A stretch of 54,396 bases of DNA, the filler included, from Sphacelaria rigidula (Eukaryota), in assembly GCA_964200075.2 (NCBI GenBank). It is 4 parts of 4 records of this genome, joined end to end, with 100 filler letters (N's around TTAATTAATTAA, not from the genome) between each part and the next. Parts side by side here need not be neighbours in the genome. Positions count along the whole stretch, not along the records: positions 27,253 to 40,777 come from CAXNAA020002830.1; 3 more parts are not named here. One strand, written 5' to 3'. The notes below the pieces were generated by a model. That model was not told where the DNA came from and searched no databases. It saw nothing but the letters and a program-made list of their open reading frames with translations. Positions 28,467 to 40,777 of the stretch are shown piece after piece. Numbering within the stretch: position 1 is the stretch's first letter; each line of letters begins with the position of its first letter. The position numbers were made by a program, and so were the translations under genes.

Positions 28467-29570
28467 TTCCTACTGAATCTGCACATCACACTGACCACCG
28501 CTCTCCGCATCACGTCACCGGCGTGCCTCGTAGCGTTGATCTTCGGTCACGTGAAGCCTCGCAAGGCCTTCTCCGCGGGCACTACACACTGCCAAAGAAT
28601 GCTTCCGTCTACAGGTACACGTTCGCGGACGGAAGTAACCCGCTCGACCCCGCCGTCGCCACAAACACCGAACGAACGCCATGGATCCACGTTCTCAACA
28701 TCCTAAATAAGTGCATCCGCGTCTGCCACCCGAATACAATCAAGTGGACCAATCCCCGAGGCATAACAATCGTGACCGTATCTACATGCGCACAAGCTCT
28801 TGCTCTGGGTTGCTTGTTCCCTTCTTCCCTGCCACCTTCGTGTATTCCATCACGTACACAGCTGCTGCTCTGTTGGGAACCCGGCCATAGTAGTGACGAA
28901 TCTGTGGCCTCCATGATCTGGTCGTGCAGGAGCGGGACGATGGGTAGGGCGGCGGGGTCGGGGCGTGCTCAGCGCAAACCAAGAGATTGTCGACAGAGGT
29001 GTGGATGAGATACGAAAACTCGCTTATAATACTGAGTACCTGCAATATACCGCAGCACGCCCTTTCCATTATATTTTGCTTGGTTTATTGCCGTGTCGGA
29101 AGCCACCAACCGTGAGGCTACGAGTGTTCACTGGACGTTCCCCCATTTTCCCCTGACATACTATTGTACTACACGGTCGCATCGCAACTTGGCGACAAAT
29201 ATGCCAATATTTGACCAAATGAACCGTTGGGTTGTGTACGTATCTTGCGAGCCCTGCACGTTTCCGTGAATGCTGCGGTGTAGATGTATTTCAGTGTTCA
29301 GTCTCCCGTCGTCATCCTGCACTCTTACCGTCACCTCGTCAAGCACCGCAGGCCACAAAACGGAGACTACGGTAGTGTGACACACTCGGGCGCTACATAC
29401 TCTCCATCTTCACCTGGTCAAATTGATGGCTTCCAGCGTTGCTCATGCTCTAGCGCGCGCCCGCGGTCCTCTCCGAAGATTTACGCGAGGGGCACCGTTG
29501 CTCACAGCCGGGTCGGCCCAAGCAACAGCAGAGGCGGCGGTTGTCCCCAGACCCCCTTTCCCCTCCCCCA

Positions 29571-29790
29571 GCCCTGCTGCCGCCCTCTCCGGCTCTTTTC
29601 CTCCGGTGAGATGGCGCACTAGGTGCCACGGCAGGAACAGTGGCAGCAGCCTCGTTGCCAATAGTCCCCAAACGCCCTACCCCCCCCCCCCCCCCCCGCA
29701 GCCCCGCCGCAGCGCTCTCCGGATCTTTCCCTCTGGTGCGACGGCGCACTAGGTGCCACAGTAGGAGCAGTAGGAGTAGCCTCGTTGCTA
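29571..29790. repeat. ~130-bp-period tandem duplication
   Basis: gccc.gc.gc.gc.ctctccgg.tctt..cct..ggtg.ga.ggcgcactaggtgccac...gcctcgttgc at 29571 and 29701. Confidence 0.8.
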
Positions 29791-30049
29791 CGTCCTGCAC
29801 CGGTTCTTGGAGGGAGGGAGGCAGGTCGGTTGTTCCGCGCCTCCCGTCGCTGTTGGCGCTGTTCCGGGGCGTTCGGCCCTAGATTCCACCATATCGTCTG
29901 TACGTACAAGCACGGGTTCATCACCAAAAGACGAAAAGTACAACGGCAGGATGAGGGTGACGGTGTTGCTGTAAGTGACGGGGAAATATACAGTATATTC
30001 AGGTTACCTTCGGGCCCATTGGCAAGCCCTGCAGATAGGTACACTTTTG

Positions 30050-32510
30050 ATATATATTTTCACTTGATTTTAGAGTACATTTCTTTTCGGGGTCATTCCG
30101 TTCTCTGCAGCTCTGAGAAGCCAGCATTTCCTCTCGCTTGATTTTAGAGTATAGCGAAACGGGGTCATTTCGTTCTCTGAAGCTCTGAGGAGCCATCATT
30201 TCTTCTTACTTGATTTTAGAGTACATGTTTCCCATATCCGCCTCTTCGCTTTCATTTCGCTAGACATTCCGGTTCTGCTTGGGTTTCGGGAGCATCGCCT
30301 TTCGGGCTGTGTTCTGCATGGTGTTTTATATTTGTGTTCCATTTGATATGCGCTGCGTTTTTGCCCTCGCTGGTGTGACGGTGGACCCTTTGGGCGTCCG
30401 AGATGCCGCCTCTCCAACGCACACCGCACACAGACCACCTTAACTCCTTCCACTCTTGGCACCTGCATCGTTTCCACTTGAAAATTGAACCGGCATTATG
30501 CTCAGTTTTTCCCGAACATAACCGTTTGCTACAATTTTTTTGTCAGAACAACTTTTATCATGAGCCGCGGACGTTCCCGCATACAGTGTACAGAACAGAA
30601 CGTCTCTGCCCGCGTGGCGCTGATCAGATGTGGCTTTGCGTGTGCTCTGGTCGTGTTCGCATGCTGTGGACAGTCATATCCGTTTGCTACTGCTTTTTCC
30701 CCCAACATATTTTTCGGGTCGTGTCTCAACTTGAAAATCATTTTGGGGCGTTCGAGATGTCACCTCTCCAACGCACAACGCACACATGCCATATTCACTC
30801 CCTTCACTCGTGGAACCGGCATCGTTTTCACTTGAAAAATAAACCGGAATTATGCTCAGCTTTTTCCCGAACAAAACCATTTGCTACAATTTCTTTGTCA
30901 AAAACAACTTTTGTCATGAGCCGCGGACTTCCCCGCATACATTGTACGGAACAGAACGTCTCTGCCCGAGTGGCGCTGATTTCAGAGTACATTTTTTTCC
31001 GTCGCATTTCGGGTGCGTTCCGTCCTGCTTTTCGCGTTTGAAATGCAAACACTTTATACTCTACAAGCTTTCCGCGCTGTGTGGCGTGCGAGTGGGGGTT
31101 CCTATGGGTTCCGTTTGACCGTTCGAGGTTCCACCTCTCATCATTAACCGCGAACTTTTTTTTCGATGCTACTTTTGTATGATGAGCCGCGGGCCTTTTT
31201 TTTCCGAGATGCCTTCTATCATGAGCCGCGAACATTTTTCTAGTCCGGGGACCGGACCGCCAAAAACATGGAGTTTGCACGCAGGAACGCAAGAGTACAG
31301 ACGAACCCCAACCACAAACATCGCGTAGGAGTGCAACAGTAGCAGCGAAAAACAACAGTATAGCCGAACCTCATTCACAAGCGAGCGGTGCTACGATAGC
31401 GGTTGCAATCTTTGTTTCTGGGTTTTTTTTTGTAGGAGCCCAAATATATGGGTCTCACTGCGCAACCCAGATCTCCGGAGACCAGGCTCCCAAAAACATG
31501 AAGTTTGCACCCGGGGGCCTTTTCGTGAATCTGCATCATTTTTAGCCTTTTTCAAGTAAAAATGATACCGATTCTCAAAATGACACGTCCAACACCCCGA
31601 GGAACATTTTCGTAGCATCACCCAAGCACCGCCGACGAGTGCGGAAGTAGAGGCGAAAAAATGTACCACCGCTGGAATCACTCCGACTGCCACGGCACAA
31701 GATAAAACAAGCAGCTTTAACGCGCCTTCAACCCTCAATATATCACAGCAGCTGAGTTCAGCAGTCAAATCACGTCATAATTCGGGTCGCCTCTCTGATG
31801 CCGGGGTGGCTTCTGTTCGGCGGTCTACTGTTCAGGGCACGGTGACCGCTGACCAATCAACCGCAATGCGCAGTCATATCCTTTCATCACTTGGTGAAAC
31901 GAAATACAGACAAAGGACAACGCGCAAATTTGTTGCTGACCGACGCCGACAACAAAATCCACGTCTCGGCGCTGTGACATTCGGAGACAACACCGTTTCC
32001 TTCCCTGAAGAGCACAAGCTGAAGTACCCTGTTCTGTCCGATTCAAACGATGAAATTTGCGGTGCAAAGCTTTGGGGAGAAGAAAGGATCAGCTGTTACA
32101 GTAAAGGAAAATATGCCGTCCAAGAAACATGGAGTTTGCACTCAGAAAAGAAAGAGTACAGACGAACCCCATTCACAAGCGACCGGTGCTACGATAGGGG
32201 TTGCAATTTTTGTTTTTTAGCCTCCTTTTTGTAGGAGCCCAAACATGGGGAGCTTACTGTGCAGCCCAAATCTCCGGGGACCAGGCTCCGAAAAACATGG
32301 ATTTTGCACGCAGGGGCCTTTTTGTGACTCGGCATCATTTGTTGGCGTTGTGACTTTTGGAGGCAACACCGTTTCCCTCCCTGGAGATTACAAGCTGAAG
32401 TACCCTGTTCTGTCCGATTCAAACTGTGAAGTTTGCAACCATTGCGGTGCAATGCTTTGAGAACAAGAAACGATTAGCTGGTGCAGTAGAGGAGAATATG
32501 CCGTTCCCCA
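30050..32510. repeat. Mosaic of local duplications, probably subterminal region(s) of a large transposon
   Basis: cttgattttagagta x3 (30060-30225); ~356-bp-period duplication (30389, 30745); 31260-31540 resembles 32120-32340; 31965-32120 resembles 32345-32505; recurrent atgagccgcg. Confidence 0.7.
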
Positions 32511-33197
32511 TTTACGATGTGTGATAGACCGGATTTGTGTGCATGGGTTTTCAAAATTGACCCTTTCGGATCTCACCATGGGAAATTGATCATTTGCAAT
32601 TGACGGTTTGTGAGCAAGATATGGTTGATGGTTCACAGCTCAGATGCAACCATGTTCGCCCAATGCACATTTTTCAGACCCGTGCGAGTGACAAGTGGAA
32701 CAACATAAGGTTTCCTATTTACCAATATGCCGTACCAGACCCGGGAACACATTGCTGTTTTCTTCATAGGATGTTTCATAGTGTTTTTGTTCATTATTGT
32801 CGATGAATACAATTGGACAAACCTCACCCGACCTCTCCACGAAGAACACTTTTTCTGCACCCGCCGCGTGTCTACTGGATTCGAGATCTTTTTTGGTTCT
32901 CTATTTTAAAAATGGTTGTCGTGGGCCTTTTCTGTTTCCATCTTTCCCTCTTTGTCAGAGCTTTTCATGATGAGGCGTTCGACCCGGGGACAGGAGGGGA
33001 GGGTTCTAAAGGGGTTGGAAAGGGCGAGCTTTTGAAGGACCTCAGGAGTATGCCTTTTTCGTTTCTGTTTCTGGACCCTGTTTCGTATGATGGGTAATGT
33101 CTGCGATGTGGGATCCATGGTTGAGCGTGTTTCGAGGGAGATCGGTCCCTGCTGTTCGTCGATTGTATGCATCACATGTTTACGTTTCTCATATATA

Positions 33198-33496
33198 ACA
33201 ATGTTTTCGTGAGATTGAGGGTAGAGGATACGATTGAGAGTGAAAATCGGTCAATCAGTGACTGAATCGTTTCAGTTCCGAAACGCCCCTCCACGAGGCC
33301 CGATATTATTTCTGAGCAGCTTGCCAATGAGGCGCTCGATATCGCTGTGTAGGATATCGACGTGTAGCTGTAAGCACACGCCAGTGACGGAGGCAAAGAA
33401 TGGCACACACGGAAAGAAAAATTGGCTAAGTGAAAGCGAATGACCAAAGCCACTCTCAATCCGCGCTCTCCTCTCGATCTCACGAAAACGTTATGT
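33198..33496. mobile_element. MITE, copy of 11938-12254
   Basis: TIRs acaatgttttcgtgagattgag / ctcgatctcacgaaaacgtt, with a colinear interior. Confidence 0.8.
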
Positions 33497-34689
33497 TTCT
33501 AATACGTTGCGGATATTGCCTGATTCCTGTGATGTGGGATTTGGAATGTCGATAGTCACTGCGGTTACGGGCGTTTTTGGGGTGTATTAGTACTGGCCTC
33601 ATGGTTGCGAACTCTGGCGTGTGTTCGTCACGAGTCTTCGTGTGCTCGGGTGACTGGGCGGCGCAATGCTAATTGGTTAATGGTACGAGTGTGACCGGGT
33701 GTGTGTTCGTCGACGGTGTACGATGTTTCCTATTCGTTGCTGTGGGCGGGAAACGTGAGGGCGTGTCTCCGTGTGTGTTCTTCGACGGTGGAGGTTGCCA
33801 TTTACCCATTCCTGTAGGTACGATTATCAAACATCAATAAACCTCTTCTTCATATCCTGCTCCCGGGACATGTGTCACCATACGCACACGGCGGAAAATG
33901 CTCCACTTAAAACTATGACCTGTGCCGTTACGCAATGCGAGCAACGATGACCGGTTATCATGTACCTTGGTTGTCGATCTCATTGACCGTGGCGGCGTAA
34001 GCCGCCGAACCCCTTGTATCTACCTATTCATCTTTTTTCTGTGGCCTGTGTGGTAGCGGTCGTTCGCCGCCTGGTTGTTAAATTTTACACAGATGTTCCG
34101 GTGTGTAATCTCTGACTGCTGGCGCTCTTCAACCTCACTTGCGACAGAGTAAAACGACCGGTAGTATGTGGACAGCTTCCACACATACAACCGCTTACAC
34201 CACAACACATGGGCAGCCGATACGCGTTAACACCACCTTCCTGTTTGTGCTTGCCCCCTTCGTCCTAAACCGATGCCATTCGATTCTTCCCGACCAGGCA
34301 GCGAGAGCTCGCCTTCTGGGTTCCACGTTCCGGCTAGAGCTTGCTGTTGGATGTCAACATTTTGATTTTGCACTTATAAAATCCATAGGCCAAAATATAA
34401 CATCTAGAACGCCTCACACTAGTGGAACATCTCGCTGACGACGCTACCAGCCGATGGCAAAACTCGCTAAACTTGGCGAAGGGAATTTGATGTGAATACA
34501 GCGAACATCACTATTACCCACAGTAACACATCTATCTCACCGTAGCTGACAACTCCTGGCACGCGGAGTGTTGGGTGTCGGAGGAACGTCTGACCGACCG
34601 TCGCTGCCCGCTTCGGCTGTACAAGGTCGGGGAGCGATTGTCCTCGCCCGTTTTCGTTGCACATCCGAACTTCCCCCGTGGAGGCGTTT

Positions 34690-34736
34690 GTTGTTGCTGC
34701 TGCTGTTGTTGATGATGTTGCTGATATTGGTGGTGT

Positions 34737-34775
<39 letters not shown>

Positions 34776-34800
34776 CGTCGTCATCGTTGCTGCCGTCGCC
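34690..34800. repeat. (GCT/GTT)n trinucleotide tract (poly-Ala/Thr on the minus strand)
   Basis: About 11 consecutive gct units at 34741-34773 with flanking gtt/gat triplets. Confidence 0.9.
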
Positions 34801-36054
34801 ATTCCGACGACACTCGGCAATGCCGTTCTCACCAGTTGCTCTACGAGTAGCCCTGTGGAGCTGTTGATATGACCACCGGTAGGTTGGACCATCTCATCTC
34901 CTTCCTCCGACATTCCTATCAGATCTACAATCTTGACACGCACGCGCACATCCTGAGACCGCGAGAAGTTATAGGCAACGCAGAAGCGTCTCGTTCTCAT
35001 TAGTTGTGGAAATGTTGTAACTAGACCAAGTACGGACACAAGAACAGACTGAAGGGAAGGATCTAGCACAGTCGGCAACGGTTTACTTTCTGCAACTCGG
35101 CACCAAATGCCTGTCTCCTGCTGCCAGCAAGACAGTCTGTAACAACACGGGATCATTCTTGTTGGTACCCGCTGCACACTCAACACCAACAGCAGCAAAT
35201 TAGGATAATATAGGAAGCCCACAAGTGTGATAGATTTTCAGTAGCTGAGCCTAGCCAACATATACTGAACGACCTCCCAATCTAGTTCTGACACACACGC
35301 ATCGGAAGGTGAACTTGCCAAATTTCTTCCTGTTAATTGAACACACCACGTACAGACATGACAGCTTCGAAATGGGCGGACGTCTCTGACCCGGCGGAAG
35401 CCCGCAGTGTCGATACCGCTTTCTGTCTGTGAGTTGGACAGGGACACAAGCGGCATACGGTCACTCAGCCTTCCTACATGCGTGCGCCGCGCGGGAGGCA
35501 TGCACCAGCAGCGATGAGGGACGGGGGGTCGAACACCTGATGAGGCCCGAAAAACACCGCAAAGAACGAACAAAACTACCGAACCAAAGCGAAAAACAGG
35601 AGAACACACGACCGAAAACAACGCCTACAAACACATCACGGCTTCCTACCTCGTTAACAGGATCATCACCCCTCTCCCACGTGACCTGTAGACTCCGGGC
35701 AACACTGATACCTTGATTCGGCTCCAGGGATATACTGGAGGCATCTAAGCATTGGCCCGCCGAAGGCCTCGCGTTTGGAGACCCAGTACCGTAAAACCTT
35801 GGCAAGGATCGCGTCATAATATTTTGTGTCATAACCATGTGACACACTCTCGGGCACAGCCCACGCCGGTCGACGCGGCTATTCATCCTGCGCCCGCCCC
35901 TTGCCCTTCCAGCCGGGCTTTCGTCCCACCGGCGCCCGTTCGGGCGCCCAACGCGCACCTCGCTTACCCCCTGTCCCTGTCGTGGTGCCGCTTCGACTTT
36001 TGTCGCTTGCACCAGATGTCGAAAAAGTGGGCGCCGAACGCGCACCCCCCTGAC

Positions 36055-37316
36055 GACCTGTGCCTGTCGCCTTGCCGTTTTGACTTTTGTCTCTCGCACA
36101 CGATGTCGAGGACACCCCGGCCGCAGCCACACGGCGCTTCCGTCCGTTGTCGTCTCGAGATGCGCCGCGGCCGCCGCTTTTGTTACCGTCGATATCACTG
36201 CCGCTGCCGCTACCACCGTCGACACAGTCACCCCCGCCTCTCGCTTCTTCGAACGCCAAGAGATGCGCCCACAACACAGACATGCCGACGTTCTCCGTAA
36301 GAGCCACGAATCCCGTCTTGTGGAGTTCACTTTGGAGCCCTGGGAATGAAACCGTCTCGGCCTCCAGCTGTGAGATCGTCTTGCACCGTGGCTTCTTGCC
36401 CTTCTCGAACTGGTCAGTGTTTCGCTTGCAGCGTTCTGCTTAAGCAAGCAGGACGCTGCAAGCGAAACGCTGACCAGTCCGAGAAGGGCAAGAAGCCACG
36501 GCAAAAGATGATCTCACAGCTGAAGAACGAGACGGTTTCATTCCCAGGGCTCCAAAGTGAACTCCACAAGACGGGACCCGTGGCTCTTACGGAGAACGTC
36601 GGCATGTCTATGATGTGGGCGCGTTGCAGAACGCTGCAAGCGATACACCAACCAGTCGAAAAAGGGCAAGAAGCCACGGCGCAAGACGATCTCACAGCTG
36701 AAGAACGAGACGGTTTCGTTCCCAGGGCTCCAAAGTGAACTCCACAAGACGGGATCCGTGGCTGTGACGGAGAACGTCGGCATGTCTGTGTTGTGGGCGC
36801 GTCTCTTGGCGTTCGAAGAAGTGAGAGGTGGGGGTGACTGTGTCGACGGTGGTAGCGGCAGCGGCAGTGACATCGACGGTGACAAAAGCGGCGGCCGCAG
36901 CGCATCTCGAGACGACAACGGACGGAAACGCCGTGTGGCTGCGGCCGGGGTGTCCTCGACATCGGGCGCGAGAGACAAGAGTCAAAACGGCAAGGTGAGA
37001 GGCACAGGTCGTTTCCATGCTTGCAGAACGCTGCAAGCGATACACCAACCAGTCGGAGAAGGGCAAGTAGACGCGGCGTAAGACGATCTCGCAGCTGGAG
37101 GACGAGACGGTTTCGTTCTCAGGGCTCCAAAGTGAACTCCACAAGACGGGACCTGTGGCTCTGACGGAGAACGTCGACATGTCTGTGTTGTGGGCGCGTC
37201 TCTTGGCGTTCGAAGAAGCGAGAGGCGGGGGTAACTGTGTCGACGGTGGTAGCGACAGCGGCAGTGACATCGACGGTAACAAAAGCGGCGGCCGCGGCGC
37301 CTGTCGTGCATCTCGG
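36055..37316. repeat. Palindrome centred at 36442-36445 whose right arm is three staggered inverted copies of the left arm
   Basis: ttcgcttgcagcgttctgctt|aagc|aagcaggacgctgcaagcgaa. Inverted copies lie at ~36446-36622, ~36624-37012 and ~37022-37316. Confidence 0.92.
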
Positions 37317-37956
37317 GTGCAACTATACGACAATCGAAAAGGTGAAACACATTTTCATTCAGAGGACGTTCATTCGCAGCTCAGAATCGTTTTGGTCATG
37401 GACTCGTTTCCCGCGGAAACAGATGCTTGCGCAAGGATTACGGCTAGAACTCGACGACAAGATGACATTTTGACCAAGAAGAAACAGCAACGACCGATAA
37501 CCACACCAGAGAAGTAACGAGGGTGCCGCTGAGCGTTGCACGCAATGGGAAACGACCGAAACTATTCTGACCAAGCTGGCGTGTGGCCTAGTTGTTCAAG
37601 CAAAGTTATCCCACGTCCGAAGATCCATGACGTGTACTGACTCGACCCCTACGAGGTATTCAAGAAAATAAACAAGCATGATTCAAATCCTACGGGCCAT
37701 TTTGGAAAATCAGGCCGGGTTTGACTCTAGTTACGGCGACTAACTGGGCGTCGAGTCATGGTGAGTAACTGGGCGGCGGCAGCGTAGTCGGGGGCGATCA
37801 TCTGTCTCTTGTATCATGATTAGCTTGCACAAGTCGTCTCACTCGTGAGCGTGAATATCGTGGCGTTCGGTCAGCGCCGGAGCCGCGCGCTGACAAAATG
37901 TTTTCTTTACCCTGTCCTGCGACATGCCCGCGGGTACGGGGGTGGCAAACCCGCGT

Positions 37957-38325
37957 GCCGGTCGCGAATATGGCACAGTTGGCAATCTCGAAACCCTCTG
38001 ACGGTTGGGTCGTGGGTTCGAATCTCGGTACAGTCAAACGATCTGGGTTCTTCTCACACCATGCCCGAGAGTGGAGAGCGCCGACGCCATGGGTACACAA
38101 AAGTTCGACTTCACGGTCGCCTAGTGAATAACCGTTGAAGCCCTCTCGCGATGAATAATAAGGCAAGCATCACGGAAGGAAGGTGGGGTACTAAAACAAA
38201 GCAAGGAACAAACTCCTGTGTAGGCCTTCCTACTGTGTGACCCCAGCTGATGCATCCACATATACCGAAAGGTGTAGAGTGTCGTCCAGAATAAATGGGA
38301 TGACGACACAACACAGAAACAACAA
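37957..38325 (+). mobile_element. tRNA-derived SINE
   Basis: Pol III A box TGGCACAGTTGG (37971-37982), B box GGTTCGAATC (38015-38024) and a CA-rich tail. Homologous copies at 47750-48122 (minus) and 45660-45741 (3' fragment). Confidence 0.85.
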
Positions 38326-40000
38326 GCTACCTGCGATCACAACAGTACAATACAGCACATCGTCGTATGTGCATGTGATTCTGGCCACACAGATTCGGCT
38401 GGTGCATGTCTTGCAAATATGCCGTCGGCCCCGGGTGAATTTCGACTCAACACCCCCCGAGACACGACGCTGCTGCCCCAACATCTCGGTGGGAACGCCT
38501 GCATGTCGGCGACACGTCCACGCACAGATAAATGGATAAGACTGCACTCTTTGCACAGTGCTGAAAATGAGAGTTACTGGCTGTACTTGTATGTTGTGTT
38601 CGATGATGAATCTTGATGATGCGCCAGTATCCAGCTAACGGCCAGACAGAAAAACTCTACTTTGGTCGTTCGTGATCCCCAGGGTTTCCAAGGATAACGC
38701 CATGCGCACGGCTCTCTTTTCGTTTTGTTCCGTACTGTTTTGATATTTTGTGCGACCTCCTTAGCTCAAGCCGCCCGACAGAGGGCTATTAGGTTCTACT
38801 TTCCCGGCACCGGTACTACTGTAGATCTTAGCCCGGCGTGATTTTCGCTGTTGTCTCTCTTCATTCCTGTCTTCCTTTCAGTTTGCTACATCATTTTGTT
38901 TTTTCTTCTTCCTTTTCTCGACTTTCCTTGGGTCAGTAGTTCCGTAATTTCACGTTGTTACTCGTATATTGTGTTCACGCCTGGGTTCGTTGCGGATCAG
39001 TCGATGTGCAGCAGCCAATCCATCACTCAATCAACCAATCGACCGAGTGCAAACTTCCGAACACCGACGACTGGTGGACGGATCGAGTCGCACGGAAGAA
39101 CGGGGGCGACTGCGTCTCGAATCATCTGAAAAAACGAGGATGGGGATAATTTGACTCGTACGAGTCGTCTCGGAAAATGAGGCCAAGTAAGCTCGAGCCC
39201 TACCATGTCACCTCGGAAAATAAGCACGAGAGTGACTCGAGTCGCACCGGTAAGTAGAACATCAGCCCACGAGTCATGACTCGGTGGATATGTGGAAATG
39301 CTGATCTACGAGTGCCCCTCAAACCGACCAATAAGCCGACCAGCGACAAAGACAAGATTCATAGCTCCTTTGTTCAAACCGCCCCCGGGCGATCTCCCCT
39401 CCTGGGTATCCTCCGTTGGCATGTTGCTGCGTTGCATTCCCGGTTGCCTCAGCCACATAGTCAGGGTGAAGTGTGATTCTCGCGGAGCATGGGAAAATCG
39501 AAAGAAGAATACGATAACGACAGGCCATCAGTCAAATAGGGCCAACAGAAGCAAGAGTTCAGTTGCTGTAACGGAAATGCAGTCGGTGCGCATCCTCACG
39601 AAATCAAATCGAGGCTCAGGGCCGTAGTGACGCCTCTAGTCTGCGAGCGCCTTCTGTACCGATTGGTACGGTCTCGAAAATCACTCACATCACGTGCACG
39701 ATCCTCTTGCCTCTCCAGCCGCGCCATCATGTCCTCGAACCAATCGCTGCTAATGGCCATCGACTGTCCCGCCCCCGATTGTCTGCCGGATGCCTCCGGG
39801 TTGATTGTCGCGAGAAACTGGATGTTCTCGTTATCCACTCCGTAGGAGAAACCGTTGGTATGAAAGAATTCGATATCTTGGTGTTCCACTTCGGAAAAGG
39901 AATCGCTGGCATCATCCGGGCGCATTACGATTGCATGGCCTGATTTGTGTCCATCTCCGGCGTCCCGATCTTCGAACAGATCGTGTAACTCGAGACCCGT

Positions 40001-40689
40001 CCCCATCAACAGCACGACGGGTGGTTGGCATCGCACAGTCCGCGTCCCCAGACCAACCATGCCCCACAAGACGGAGGACCGCCGCCACCAACGCGGAGAA
40101 GGGACACCGCGGGAAAGAGGGTCGCCGCGAGAAAAGAGGTCGCCGCGAGAAAAGAGGTCGCCGCGAGAAAAGAGGTCGCCGCGGGAAGGAGGGTCGCGTG
40201 AGTGCATTGGAGCCGGACGACTTGCTGAAGTGCGTCCAAGCAACGGAAAAGACCCGGACCCGGGAAATGCCGTTCAAAACGTACACCTCGCTATCGACAG
40301 TGGTGTTCGATCTGGACGTCGAGGAAGCCATCTTCTGGACCGATAAGGAGGATCTCGAACTTTCAGCGCCTTCTCAGCGCCTTCTCGAGATCCTCCTTAT
40401 CGGTCCAGAAGATGGCTTCCTCGACGTCCAGATCGAACACCACTGTCGATAGCGAGGTGTACGTTTTGAACGGCATTTCCCGGGTTCGGGGCTTTGCCGT
40501 TGCTTGGACGCACTTCAGCAAGTCTTCCGGCCCCGGTGAACTCAACCTGGAGCGGCGAGACACGCAACCCTCTTTTCCGCGGTGTCCCTTCTCCGCGTTG
40601 GTGGCGGCGGTCCTCCGTCTTTTGGGGCATGGTTGGTCTAGGGACGCGGACTGTGCGATGCCAACCACCCATCGTGCGGTGGATCGGGG
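40001..40689. repeat. Inverted duplication (arms ~40001-40358 and 40385-40689; 26-nt loop) with an 18-bp minisatellite in the left arm
   Basis: 40258-40358 is the exact reverse complement of 40385-40485. Outer arms are diverged. gtcgccgcgagaaaagag repeats lie at ~40107-40197. Confidence 0.95.
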
Positions 40690-40777
40690 CAAAGACGATC
40701 ACCAGCAGCCCCAACATGGCAACGGGCGGAAGAGCAACGAAATCCGTCCGATCCACAGCACGAGGGGGGACGTTACG

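Larger units (their letters stand above)
34467..40777 (-). pseudogene. Decayed Enhancer-of-polycomb-like (EPL1-domain; EPC/BRPF/JADE-type) gene disrupted by two inverted duplications
   Basis: Minus-strand pieces in EPL1 order: FDLDVEEAIFWTDKEDLE (~40440-40385); YGVDNENIQFLATIN...ISSDWFEDMMARLER (~39845-39710, donor GAT|GTGAGT at 39688); VLRYWVSKREAFGGPMLRCLQ (~35795-35735). A phase-1-compatible intron at 35685-35537 joins on to the ORFs at 35238-35621 and 34467-35222. In-frame stops at 35879-35881 and 35238-35240. Confidence 0.7.

Noticed and set aside
27253-29400. 5' exons of TTLL9 or another gene in the short ORFs after the gap
   Set aside because: No KFDLR, WIxKP or other TTL motifs found. 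The ORFs (e.g. 28463-29008) show no recognisable domain.
34480-34625. Plus-strand peptide resembling a chromodomain (YLTVADNSWHAECWVSEERL)
   Set aside because: Needs a frameshift, has weak similarity, and overlaps the long minus-strand frame that continues the EPL pseudogene.
35461-36504. 347-aa minus-strand ORF
   Set aside because: Shadow frame of GC-rich sequence. It starts inside the inverted arm, and the EPL motif lies in another frame.
37330-37740. Possible hAT fragment (TPTRYS...MIQILRAILENQ)
   Set aside because: A single weak motif among stops; insufficient support.
37957-38030. Possible tRNA gene (also 48050-48122)
   Set aside because: A and B boxes are present, but no convincing cloverleaf, and both copies share a ~300-bp non-tRNA body, so this is a SINE.
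40107-40197. Short regular repeats as a CRISPR-like array
   Set aside because: 18-bp head-to-tail minisatellite with no unique spacers, in a eukaryotic context.
36055-40689. Palindromes as amplification or sequencing chimeras
   Set aside because: Arms differ by many substitutions and indels, which fresh chimeras would not show. Long-read confirmation is still advisable.
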